A stretch of DNA of 64,000 nt from Nitrospira sp. (GTDB lineage: Bacteria > Nitrospirota > Nitrospiria > Nitrospirales > Nitrospiraceae): NCBI GenBank assembly GCA_047150005.1, contig AP038806.1:1472001-1536000 (forward strand). The letters are read 5' to 3'. Below are positions 1-9,034 of this stretch, one piece after another. The position numbers and the translations under genes were made by a program. Every line of letters begins with the position of its first letter. Positions within the stretch are counted from its first letter, which is position 1. The notes beneath the pieces were generated by a model. The model ran no database searches and had not been told where the DNA came from. It worked only from the letters and a program-made list of their open reading frames with translations.

Positions 1-1823
1 TCCGGCGTCAACGATACGTGATAGGAGGAGGCACAGCGGCCGGGCTGCGGCTGCCCCCCGGGCAGGCACACGACATGGCCCACCGCCTGCAGGGCGGCGA
101 AATAGGTGGCGGTCTGGTAGCTGCTGCGAAACGGCGGCACGTCGCGCTGCAGCCCTCCTTCCAACTGCAGCCCGAACGGCGAGGCCACGACCAGATTGCG
201 GGTCGACCGGTATTCGCTGGGATGGAGGTGGCGCCCGTCCAGATCGACGGTAAAAAAAATGGCATGGGGGAACGACGGTCGGAGCGCCTTGATGATCAGC
301 AGCGCGTCGTAGGGATCCGTGCCGAGAATCCCGATGGCCCTCGCCCCCTCTCCTTCCTCATAGATTCTTGCGGTCAATGCCCGCACGTAGTCGAGCTGGC
401 TCGTACCTTCCGGCCGATCGCCGACCGAGCCCTTCGATTGATCGGCGCTCGCCCGCGCGGCCCGGGCGGCGCGGGCTGCATCGTCGCCCGGCACTTCCCC
501 GTCCAGGCCGCTGAGATAGCTGTAGCGAAACACGTTGAGCCGGAGATCTTCATAATCCGTCGGACGCTGGACCTGGAGGTCGACGGCGCGCGGGACCGTA
601 GGACAACGCTCCTTGATGTCGACCGGGACGAGGATCTGTTTGAGCTCCTGCTCGGGGAGCGCGGCCACCTTGACGCAGGCGGCGGCGCGGAACTCGATGG
701 GCAACGCCCTGCCATAGAACGAATCCCACTCCCCGATGAGGATCACGGCATCCCAGCCCAATCTCACCTGCCGCCGCTCCAGTTCGGCGACCAGCGCTTC
801 GAAGAGCAGATGGTCGGATCCGATTTCATAGACCAATCGGATATGGGCGTCCGTCAGCCGATGATGGAATTCGTGCTCGCAATCTTCGTAGGTCCTGCAA
901 GCCGCCCCCCGCCCGGATTCCGCCTTGAGTCCGTAAGCCAGCAGTCCCTTCATCGCGCTGGCCCAGGGCGAGTAGAGCTCGACGGTGCCGTCGGCGTTCG
1001 GCCAGAATCCGATCCCGTCTCGGGACTGCGCGGCCAATTGGCCGGCCTCGTCCAGAATGGCACGGAAGGCCGACGAGCTGCGCGGGCCCATGATCTTGAC
1101 GGTCACCGCCCGTTGCAGGCCGGAGCGAATCCGCACCAGTTTGGGGGATTGTTGGGTCAGCAGGCACTCGCCTTGCGCGGAGTCCTCGCAGACCAGCGCC
1201 TGCGAGAAGGAGGTCAAGGTCGCGAGAAATCCCCGCCTCAACGCTTCGTCGGCAAACCAGACCACGAGCACGCTGTCCGCGCGGGTATCCTCCGCGCCGC
1301 ACACCCGCGTCTTTCTGAGCCGGTACCATTCGTAGGGGAGCCCGGGCATCGCGCCGCGGGGCTCCCATTCGACGAAGGAGAGGTAGCCTTCACCCTCCGG
1401 AGCGTAGCAGCCCACCCCCAGCGCGGTGCCGATGGCGTAGCGGTCGCGAATGCGCGATTCGACGTTGTCGACGTAGGGGCCGCCGCTGGTCGTGACCAGC
1501 AGCACCGTCACCCGCTGGCCGTTCTCCGCCCGTTCCGTAATGGCTTTTCGCAACGGCGCGAGCCGGCGCGCCAGCGAGGCTTCCCCGCCGGACGACGGCT
1601 TGGACCCGGACTGGCGGATGGCCCGCCCTACCGCGGCAACCGGATCTTCCCACAGCCGTGCCTGAACGATCTGCTCGTTTGACCCCGGTTTCAGCTCGAG
1701 CGCGGACCCGACCGGTCGCGAGCTGCGCAACGGTTCCTTGACTAGGAGGACGCCGCCGATGGCGAGCGCGAGCGTCAGCGCGCCCGCCACTGCAAGCTTC
1801 GAGTCACTGCGGGTCTTAGCCAC
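1..1823 (-). CDS. Large conserved membrane protein of unknown function (5' part; runs off the left edge)
   Basis: Missing from the ORF track because it is incomplete. GTG at 1823 with GGGGAGGA upstream. Reads MAKTRSDSKLAVAGALTLALAIGGVLLV...ARLWEDP...IMGPRSSS...GILGTDPYDALLIIKALR...PPFRSSYQT. The + ORF 18..1682 is its in-frame antisense shadow. Confidence 0.8.
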   Translation of the reverse strand, partial: MAKTRSDSKLAVAGALTLALAIGGVLLVKEPLRSSRPVGSALELKPGSNEQIVQARLWEDPVAAVGRAIRQSGSKPSSGGEASLARRLAPLRKAITERAENGQRVTVLLVTTSGGPYVDNVESRIRDRYAIGTALGVGCYAPEGEGYLSFVEWEPRGAMPGLPYEWYRLRKTRVCGAEDTRADSVLVVWFADEALRRGFLATLTSFSQALVCEDSAQGECLLTQQSPKLVRIRSGLQRAVTVKIMGPRSSSAFRAILDEAGQLAAQSRDGIGFWPNADGTVELYSPWASAMKGLLAYGLKAESGRGAACRTYEDCEHEFHHRLTDAHIRLVYEIGSDHLLFEALVAELERRQVRLGWDAVILIGEWDSFYGRALPIEFRAAACVKVAALPEQELKQILVPVDIKERCPTVPRAVDLQVQRPTDYEDLRLNVFRYSYLSGLDGEVPGDDAARAARAARASADQSKGSVGDRPEGTSQLDYVRALTARIYEEGEGARAIGILGTDPYDALLIIKALRPSFPHAIFFTVDLDGRHLHPSEYRSTRNLVVASPFGLQLEGGLQRDVPPFRSSYQTATYFAALQAVGHVVCLPGGQPQPGRCASSYHVSLTP

Positions 1824-1970
1824 GCGTCCTCCCCTGCCGTGCGGAGGCCACTCTACAACACTTCATGAGGGGGCCTGCAAGGTGGGAACGTACTTCGGAG
1901 AGCGTCGCCTCACCCGAGTATTCGGATCTGGGGGAACGAAAGAAGTCATGCTCAGCCCTTAACAGGCCGA

Positions 1971-3446
1971 TCAGGACGAACAACTGACCGTCACGTGCTT
2001 GCCCCAGTTGGGAGGGGAGGCGGCATAGGCGTCCATCCCGGGTCGTTCACGGTAGGGATCCTGCAACAAATCGAACAGCCGTTCGACCTCGGAAAAATCT
2101 TTCCCTCGCGCCTTCTCGATCGCCGTCTGTGCGAGATAGTTGCGCAGCACGTAGCAGGGGTTGACCCGGTCCATCCGCTCGCGCCGGTTGCCGTCTGCGC
2201 TGTCTTCGTCTCGCAGCCGCTCCCGGTACCGCACCGCCCAGGCCATGAACCGACCGCGATCGAGAAAATACTCGCGCAGCGGCTCGTTCGTCGCGCCCGG
2301 TGCGCTGTCGAACCGGCCGAGCTCTCGAAACAATCGCGTATAGTCCGCATGGCTCTCCTGCAGCATGCCGAGGAGTTCGCCGATCAAATCATCATCGTCG
2401 CTCCGTTCTTCCTGCAATCCCAGCTTCAGGCGCATCCGCCTCCGGAATTCCGACTCAAAGGTCGGGGTATAGCGATCCAGCGCCTCCTTCAAGACTTCTT
2501 TCGGCGCCAGCGGCAGCAGCGCCTGCGCCAGACAACTGAGGTTCCAGAGTCCGATGTACGGTTGCTGGTTGAAGGCATAGCGTCCGTTGTGATCGGAATG
2601 ATTGCAGATGAAGCCGGCGTCGTACTCGTCCATGAAGCCGAACGGTCCGTAGTCGAGCGTGAGTCCAAGGATCGACATGTTGTCCGTGTTCATGACACCG
2701 TGCGCCCAGCCGACGGCCTGCCATTGGGCGATCAGTTTCGCCGTCCGCTCGACCACTTCCGAGAAGAAGCGGGCCACACGGTCCGTCGCGCCGCGCAGAT
2801 GCGGATACTGTCGGTCGATGACATAGTCCGTCAGAGTCTGTAAGCGGTCGTGCTGTTTCCGATAATAAAAGACTTCGAACATGCCAAAGCGCACGTGGGA
2901 CGGCGCCATCCTCAGCAGCATGGCACCGGTTTCGACTTCTTCCCGGTACACCTTGTCGTCGCTGCCGACCAGACACAGGGCCCGTGTCGTCGGGATGCCC
3001 AGGCCGTGCATGGCTTCGCTGCATAAATATTCACGGATCGTCGACCGCAGCACCGCCCGGCCGTCGCCGTCCCGCGAAAACGGCGTCATCCCGGCCCCCT
3101 TGAGATGCAGGTCCCATGATTCGCCTCGTTCGTTGACTGCTTCCCCCAGCAGGATGGCCCTCCCATCGCCCAGCTGAGGCACATAGACGCCGAACTGGTG
3201 GCCCGCATAGAGCATGGCCAACGGATCCATACCCGATGCCAATAGACTTCCGCCGAAAGTTCCTGCGAATTCCGGGCGAGCAAACTGCCCCGGGTCAAGA
3301 TCGATCAGTGCGGCGGCGGCAGGATTGGCGTGGATCAGCCGAGGGGGTGAGCTGAACGGTGTCGGGTTCAGCTTGGCAAAGAAGGCATCCGGAAGACGCG
3401 CATAGCTGTTGTCGAAACGGAGCGTTTCAAGGGTGCGACCGGCCAT
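1971..3446 (-). CDS. selO: Protein adenylyltransferase SelO (YdiU/UPF0061)
   Basis: YAGHQFG, QLGDGRA, DGRAVLRS, HGVMNTDN and DYGPFGF motifs; C-terminal SCSS. Confidence 0.95.
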   Translation of the reverse strand: MAGRTLETLRFDNSYARLPDAFFAKLNPTPFSSPPRLIHANPAAAALIDLDPGQFARPEFAGTFGGSLLASGMDPLAMLYAGHQFGVYVPQLGDGRAILLGEAVNERGESWDLHLKGAGMTPFSRDGDGRAVLRSTIREYLCSEAMHGLGIPTTRALCLVGSDDKVYREEVETGAMLLRMAPSHVRFGMFEVFYYRKQHDRLQTLTDYVIDRQYPHLRGATDRVARFFSEVVERTAKLIAQWQAVGWAHGVMNTDNMSILGLTLDYGPFGFMDEYDAGFICNHSDHNGRYAFNQQPYIGLWNLSCLAQALLPLAPKEVLKEALDRYTPTFESEFRRRMRLKLGLQEERSDDDDLIGELLGMLQESHADYTRLFRELGRFDSAPGATNEPLREYFLDRGRFMAWAVRYRERLRDEDSADGNRRERMDRVNPCYVLRNYLAQTAIEKARGKDFSEVERLFDLLQDPYRERPGMDAYAASPPNWGKHVTVSCSS

Positions 3447-3512
3447 GATGCAGCATGCCAGGACCGGCGTGCGGCTTGCAACCGCGATTCGACGTCACGA
3501 GAGGAGTGGTTC

Positions 3513-3857
3513 CTAGCGGCCGACCGCCTGAATGTCTCGGTCGACGGTGAAGACGAAGACGCGCTCGCCCAGCTGGACGTCGATGTCTGTAAAGAGGCCC
3601 AAGATCTTCGCGCCCGTGATGTCACTGACCTGTTCGCAGAGTTTGTCGCGGCCTTGGGCGATCAATGTCTGGCGCAGTCGCTTGACCATGTCCACGCCTT
3701 CGGCTGTCTTGGCAAGTTGGCGCTCGGCGGGCGTCAGCACGCCTTTCAACCGCACCACCACGAGATCGCGGACGATGAACGCTCGCACGTCGTCGGGGCC
3801 GCGCCCCATGAACTCCTGTTCGAACTTGATGATGGCGTTTCGTATGGCGTTTTCCAT
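3513..3857 (-). CDS. DUF2294 / MpsC-family protein
   Basis: MENAIRNAIIKFEQEFMGRGP...LKGVLTPAERQL...GERVFVF is typical of DUF2294. Start taken at ATG 3857. Divergent from the DAB operon. Confidence 0.85.
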   Translation of the reverse strand: MENAIRNAIIKFEQEFMGRGPDDVRAFIVRDLVVVRLKGVLTPAERQLAKTAEGVDMVKRLRQTLIAQGRDKLCEQVSDITGAKILGLFTDIDVQLGERVFVFTVDRDIQAVGR

Positions 3858-4016
3858 GATGCGACTCTCGGCAACGAGGCGCCACCCAGCGCCCGCATGT
3901 ATCTTCGGGATTATAGAATTGCGCAGTAGCCCGAACAAGCAGCCCGGCCGCGCCGGTGGTTGATAGGTCTTTCGGACCATCGGACGGTTGTTGAGAGGAC
4001 TCATGCCGCGATTCCA

Positions 4017-4047
4017 GCTTGACGCTGGTCCGAACCCCGTATTAATG
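4017..4047 (+). promoter_or_regulatory. Putative sigma70-type promoter of the first dabB-like gene
   Basis: TTGACG followed by CGTATTAATG; 25/31 identical to 5974-6004 upstream of the second paralog. Confidence 0.55.
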
Positions 4048-4178
4048 ATGGGCAAGGATCGGTCGCCCGACAGTGTTGCTCGCCCCGAATTTCGTGTCGC
4101 AGACGAGCAGGATGTCACGGTCGGCCGTCAGGGGCCGTAGGGTGGCCGGCAGTTCGATCGAACGGCCGGTCGCAGTGC

Positions 4179-4237
4179 AAGCCAACCGCGGGGCTCGACC
4201 GGAGCGTCGAGACGCCCGGTTGGCTTTTTGTCTTTTT
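4179..4237 (+). terminator. Intrinsic terminator/attenuator-like hairpin in the 5' leader of the DAB operon
   Basis: AAGCCAACCG (4179-4188) pairs with CGGTTGGCTT (4217-4226); inner stem CTCGAC/GTCGAG; followed by TTTTTGTCTTTTT, ending 11 nt before ATG 4249. Confidence 0.65.
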
Positions 4238-4248
4238 GCGGGTGTGGA

Positions 4249-5955
4249 ATGTGGTCGTTCGCCGTGCTGCTCGTTCCGCTGCTGCCGCTGCTAGCCACGC
4301 TCATCGTGGTGGCCGGCGGGGAGGCGGCGTTGCGTACCCGAATCAACATCGCCGTGTGGCCGATCGGCGCCGCCTGCGTCGGCGCCGTGGCAACCCTCTA
4401 TGTCGTCGCCACGCAAGGGCCGGTCACGATCCGCTTCTATGATCCGACACCGGCCGGTTCGTTTCCCCTGCCGCTCGGTTTCTACGTGGACCGTCTCAGC
4501 GCGGTCATGATGGTGCTCATTTCGGGCATCGGGACGATCATCTATACCTACTCCATCCAGTACATGAGTCGGGAGCCGCACGAACGGCGCTATTTCGCGC
4601 TGCTCGGCGTCACCGTGTGCGTGTTGCTCTGCATGGTGTCCAGCGCCAACCTCATCATGCTGTTTGTCTTTTGGCAGCTTCTCTCGTATCTGCTCTATGT
4701 CCTCATCCACAATCACACACACGCCGCGACGCTGGAAAGCGCCTTCCGAACCTTCACGTTACTGCGGACGGGAGACGTCGCCTTTCTCGCCGGGACGGCG
4801 TTGGCCTATGCGTTGTATGGCACGCTGGAATTCCCCGAGCTGTTTGCCGCCGCCGTTCAGTCGCAGGTCACGATCGCGCTGCTTCCCGGCATAGAGTGCA
4901 ACGGAGCGACGGTGGTCACGCTGCTCTTGCTGATCGGAGCCATGAGCAAGTCGGCGCAATTTCCCTTCCACATTTGGCTCCCGCGGTATCTGTACGCGCC
5001 GACGCCGGTGACGGCGCTCCTGCACGCGGGCATCATCAATGCCGGCGGGTTCCTGATCAACCGGCTCGCGCCGTTGTTCGGGCTCAGCTCCACGACCCTG
5101 CACGTCGCCTTTCTGATCGGCACGCTGACCGCCGTCCTCGGCGCCTCCATGATGCTGGCCCAGAACGACATCAAGAACATGCTGGGGTTCTCGACGATCG
5201 GGCAGATGGGGTACATGATCATGGAATGCGGTCTGGGCGCCTTCTCGCTCGCGGTGTTCCATTTGATCGCTCACGGCCTGTTCAAGGCGACGGTGTTCCT
5301 CAATTGCGGCAATGTCATCGGCAAGGCTCGGCAGGAGCGGCATCTCCCCCATCTCGAGCAGGAGACGGTTGAGGAAAGCCACTCGCGCTTGACTTGGGTG
5401 ACCGGGTTCATCACGACGCTGCTGATTCCGTTGCTGATTCTGCTGCTGACGCACGGGGCGCTGCACATTCCCCTCCTCGAAGCGCAGGGCACCGTGATTT
5501 TTCTGTTCTTCATTTGGATCACCTCCTCGCAGGCCATCCTGACGCTCACGCGCCTCCGGGCCGTCGCGTCGTGGAAAGTGTCCTCCGCGATGCTGCTGAC
5601 CCTTCTGTTCGTCGTGTTCGTCTACCTGTTTGCCGTCGAGTCGTTCACCGCGTTTTTGTATCCCAACCCGGACGACGTCGCGTCTTACTTCAAGACGGCG
5701 GAGCTGCCGAGCCGGATGTTCGACATGATGATCGGCGCGGCGACGCTCGCGACCGTTCTGGGCTGGTGCTACGTCTATCTCAAGGCTCACGGCCGATCGT
5801 TCCCGATGCCGGCGTGGATCCACAGCATCCGTCTCCGGCTTTATGTCTTCTTCCTGAATCGGCTCCACGTCGACGAAAGCGTCCAGCGCCTGGGCCAAGC
5901 CCAATTGGCCGCGATCCGGCGAGTCGAAAAGCTGGCGCAGGGACGGACGTCCTGA
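4249..5955 (+). CDS. dabB: DabB/MpsA-like (NuoL/ND5 family) proton-conducting membrane subunit, copy 1
   Basis: VDRLSAVM, KSAQFPFHIWLP, APTPVTALLHAGIINAGG, AVFHLIAHGLFKA; highly hydrophobic; upstream of DUF2309. Confidence 0.85.
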   Translation: MWSFAVLLVPLLPLLATLIVVAGGEAALRTRINIAVWPIGAACVGAVATLYVVATQGPVTIRFYDPTPAGSFPLPLGFYVDRLSAVMMVLISGIGTIIYTYSIQYMSREPHERRYFALLGVTVCVLLCMVSSANLIMLFVFWQLLSYLLYVLIHNHTHAATLESAFRTFTLLRTGDVAFLAGTALAYALYGTLEFPELFAAAVQSQVTIALLPGIECNGATVVTLLLLIGAMSKSAQFPFHIWLPRYLYAPTPVTALLHAGIINAGGFLINRLAPLFGLSSTTLHVAFLIGTLTAVLGASMMLAQNDIKNMLGFSTIGQMGYMIMECGLGAFSLAVFHLIAHGLFKATVFLNCGNVIGKARQERHLPHLEQETVEESHSRLTWVTGFITTLLIPLLILLLTHGALHIPLLEAQGTVIFLFFIWITSSQAILTLTRLRAVASWKVSSAMLLTLLFVVFVYLFAVESFTAFLYPNPDDVASYFKTAELPSRMFDMMIGAATLATVLGWCYVYLKAHGRSFPMPAWIHSIRLRLYVFFLNRLHVDESVQRLGQAQLAAIRRVEKLAQGRTS

Positions 5956-5973
5956 TCGCGCTTGCCTGATCGT

Positions 5974-6004
5974 GCTTGACGACGGTCTGAAGGTCGTATT
6001 AATG
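5974..6004 (+). promoter_or_regulatory. Putative promoter of the second dabB-like gene
   Basis: GCTTGACG...CGTATTAATG, homologous to 4017-4047; GGGAG RBS before GTG 6027. Confidence 0.55.
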
Positions 6005-6026
6005 GTTAGCCCCTGATGAGGGAGTC

Positions 6027-7727
6027 GTGACGCTTGTCTTGCTGGTACCGCTACTCCTGCTCACAGCCGCCGGCATCGTCGTATTCGGACCGGGCGGCTC
6101 CGAGCATGCGCGGGCGAAGATGGCCGCCTATCCCATCGGGGCCGCCTTCCTTGTCGCCGTGGCGACGCTGTATCTCGTGACGACCGGCGGGCCCGTCTCG
6201 ATCCGGTTCTACGATCTGTCCTCGATCGCCTCCTTTGCGATCCCCATCGGATTCTACGTCGACCGGCTGAGCGCGGTGATGATGACGCTGATCACCGGGG
6301 TCAGCGTCATTATTTACAGCTACTCGACGGCCTACATGTACCAGGATCGGCACGCCCGCCGATATCTGGCCATGATCTGCCTCACGGATTTCGTCCTCAT
6401 CTGCATGGTGTCCAGCGCCAATCTCATGATGCTGTTCCTCTTCTGGCAGATCCTCAGCTACCTGCTCTACGTCCTCGCCCACAATCATGCCCATGGGGGG
6501 ACGCTGGCGGGAGCCTTCAAGACCTTTACGCTCCTGCGCGTAGCCGATATGGCATTTCTTGCGGGGATCGCACTCGCCTACCAATTGTACGGCACGCTCG
6601 AATTCCATGAGCTCTTCGCGCGAGCGGCCGACACGCCGGTCATGTTGTCGTTGTGGCCCGGCATGGACATGAGCGGCGCCACGGCCGTCACGCTGCTCCT
6701 CTTCGTCGGGGCGATGGGAAAATCGGCCCAGTTTCCGATCCATCTGTGGCTGCCGGGGTCGCTGTTCGCGCCGACGCCGGTGCACGCGTTGCTCCACGCC
6801 GGCATCATCAATGCCGGTGGATTTCTGATCAACCGGCTTGCGCCGTTGTTCGGACTTAGCTCCACGACCCTGCACGTCGCCTTTCTGATCGGCACGCTGA
6901 CTGCCGTCCTCGGCGCCTCCATGATGCTGGCCCAGAACGACATTAAGAAGACGCTCGGGTTCTCGACGATCGGCCAGATGGGGTACATGATCATGGAATG
7001 CGGGCTTGGCGCCTTCTCGCTCGCGGTGTTCCATTTGATCGCTCACGGCCTATTCAAGGCGACCGTGTTTCTGAACTGCGGAAACGTCATCCATAAGGCC
7101 AGGCAGGAACCGCATTTCCCGCACGTCGATCATCAGGCAGAGGAACCGGGTTTGCCCCGTCTCACGTGGTTCACCGGGGCCGTGACCACGCTGTTCATCC
7201 CGCTGCTCATTCTGCTGGTCACGCATGGGGTCCTGCGCATCCCCTTGTTGGAATCGCAAGGGACGGTGATTTTTCTGTTCTTCATCTGGATCACCTCGTC
7301 ACAGGCCATCCTGACGTTGACGCGTCTGCGCCAGGTGGCGTCTTGGAAAGTCTCGGCCGCCATGCTGATGACGCTGCTGTTTATCGTGTTCGTCTACCTG
7401 TTCGCCGTCGAGTCGTTCACGGAGTTTCTGTACCCGAATCCGGAAGAAGTCGCCTCGTACTTCAAGGCCGCCGATCTTCCCGACTGGTTGTTCGACTTCA
7501 TCATTGTGACCGCCACGATTCTGACCGTCGCCAGTTGGGCCTATCTCTATATGAGCGCCCATGGCATGACGCTGCGGCTGCCGGCATGGGTCGAGGATGT
7601 GCGGGTACGCCTCTACCTGCCCTTCATGAACCGGCTCTACGCCGACGAATGCTATGCGCTGATCGGGCAGACCATCATGCGGCTGGCCCATCGGGTCGAC
7701 AAGCGGGAGGGAGGCTGGTCGCGATGA
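6027..7727 (+). CDS. dabB: DabB/MpsA-like (NuoL/ND5 family) membrane subunit, copy 2
   Basis: Paralog of 4249..5955 with the same motifs (KSAQFPIHLWLP, APTPVHALLHAG). Confidence 0.85.
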   Translation: MTLVLLVPLLLLTAAGIVVFGPGGSEHARAKMAAYPIGAAFLVAVATLYLVTTGGPVSIRFYDLSSIASFAIPIGFYVDRLSAVMMTLITGVSVIIYSYSTAYMYQDRHARRYLAMICLTDFVLICMVSSANLMMLFLFWQILSYLLYVLAHNHAHGGTLAGAFKTFTLLRVADMAFLAGIALAYQLYGTLEFHELFARAADTPVMLSLWPGMDMSGATAVTLLLFVGAMGKSAQFPIHLWLPGSLFAPTPVHALLHAGIINAGGFLINRLAPLFGLSSTTLHVAFLIGTLTAVLGASMMLAQNDIKKTLGFSTIGQMGYMIMECGLGAFSLAVFHLIAHGLFKATVFLNCGNVIHKARQEPHFPHVDHQAEEPGLPRLTWFTGAVTTLFIPLLILLVTHGVLRIPLLESQGTVIFLFFIWITSSQAILTLTRLRQVASWKVSAAMLMTLLFIVFVYLFAVESFTEFLYPNPEEVASYFKAADLPDWLFDFIIVTATILTVASWAYLYMSAHGMTLRLPAWVEDVRVRLYLPFMNRLYADECYALIGQTIMRLAHRVDKREGGWSR

Positions 7728-9034
7728 CAGGCAGCGCGCTGATACCATGGCTGCTTGCCGGCCTTCCTTTGCTTGGGGCGCTCGCCTGCCTGCCCTTCCG
7801 CTCGGATCCGGAACGGCTGAAACGGTCCTCCGTCGCCTGGGCCGTGATCAGCCTCGCCTCGGTCGCTGGATTGGCCGACCGGATCGATCTGCCCCCGGAA
7901 GGACTGTTGCCGCTCTACTTGCTGCCATTGGCCGCCACGATTTCGATTTTGGGCCAACCGGTTCATGACCAGCACCGGTTGTCGTGGATCTTGACATTGG
8001 TGTGTCTCGGACTCGGCTTGTCGGCCCTGAGCAACCCGCGGCCGATCGCCCTCTTGAGCGTGACGCTCCTTTTGGCACTGATTGCGGGGTTGCTCTACCG
8101 TCACCACAGCGCGCTCTGGCCCAGGTCCTGGTGGGGCATCGGCGCCTACGGCTTCGCCGCCTTATGTGCCGCCGTGTCGGCCGCCGCGGACGCTCCGTTG
8201 TCATCGGTCGCCTCCCTGCTTGCCGGCGCGGTCTTGCTTCCCCTCGTACCCTTTCACGATGGTTACCTGACGGCGCTGACGCGGTTGCCGGGCAGCCTGC
8301 CCTCGTTCATCGTCGTCCTACTCCCGGTCACCGGTCTCCACCAACTTGCGGCTGCCCTGCCCACGGTTCCGGACACCGTGGCCTGGACCGTGAGTTTCTT
8401 CGCCCTGGTAGGTGCCGCATACGGCGCGCTCAAGGCCTTGGCGCAGTCCCGGGTCCGACTCCTTCTGGCCTACGGCAGTCTCTCGTTCCTTTCCATCTTC
8501 TGGTGGTTCGCTGCCGCCTCGCGAACGGCGACGCCCCGGGCCGCGCTCCTGGTCGGGACGGTAGGTCTGGCGACCAGCGGGCTCATGGTCGCCTGGCAGG
8601 TCGTCCGCACCAGATACGGCGACGACGTGGACCCGCAAGCGATCAGCGGCCTGGCGACCGGCATGCCGCAATATGCGGTCTTGCTGTCCTTGCTCGCGCT
8701 GGCGGCGATGGGCCTGCCACCCTTCGGTGTGTTTGCCGGATTTATGGGGCTGCTGCTGAACTCGCCGTTTCCTTCCTTGGCCGGCCTGTTCGTCACACTT
8801 CTGGCATGGCTCGCCGCGTCCTGGTACATCATGCAGATGGTGCAGCAGGTGCTCTTCGGCGTTCGACGGCCCGAACTGCGATACACCGATCTGCTCCGCG
8901 CCGAGTTGGCTTCGCTGTTGATCGTCGTGCTGGTCCTGCTCGCGTTGGGGCTGGCACCGTCGACCCTCTTCGCCTCCGACCAATCCCGGATCGGGACCGT
9001 CACCATCGGAGAATTGTCCACGTGGAATCGGTAG
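7724..9034 (+). CDS. NuoM/MrpD-like proton-conducting membrane transporter subunit
   Basis: ATGA overlap with the previous stop; PLVPFH, LLAYGS and AMGLPPFGVF motifs; all hydrophobic. Confidence 0.8.
   Translation: MTGSALIPWLLAGLPLLGALACLPFRSDPERLKRSSVAWAVISLASVAGLADRIDLPPEGLLPLYLLPLAATISILGQPVHDQHRLSWILTLVCLGLGLSALSNPRPIALLSVTLLLALIAGLLYRHHSALWPRSWWGIGAYGFAALCAAVSAAADAPLSSVASLLAGAVLLPLVPFHDGYLTALTRLPGSLPSFIVVLLPVTGLHQLAAALPTVPDTVAWTVSFFALVGAAYGALKALAQSRVRLLLAYGSLSFLSIFWWFAAASRTATPRAALLVGTVGLATSGLMVAWQVVRTRYGDDVDPQAISGLATGMPQYAVLLSLLALAAMGLPPFGVFAGFMGLLLNSPFPSLAGLFVTLLAWLAASWYIMQMVQQVLFGVRRPELRYTDLLRAELASLLIVVLVLLALGLAPSTLFASDQSRIGTVTIGELSTWNR

Noticed and set aside
18..1682. 554-aa + strand ORF
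   Set aside because: In-frame antisense shadow of the real minus-strand gene (1..1823); no RBS or protein-like composition.
1971..1982. Possible selenocysteine at the SelO C-terminus
   Set aside because: The motif is Cys-containing SCSS and the TGA follows it, so it is a normal stop.
7984..9021. N-terminal 346 codons of the 1424-aa ORF, suggesting a giant DabA fusion
   Set aside because: Overlaps the NuoM-like gene in another frame and is Arg/Gly/Pro-rich noise; DabA starts near 9022.
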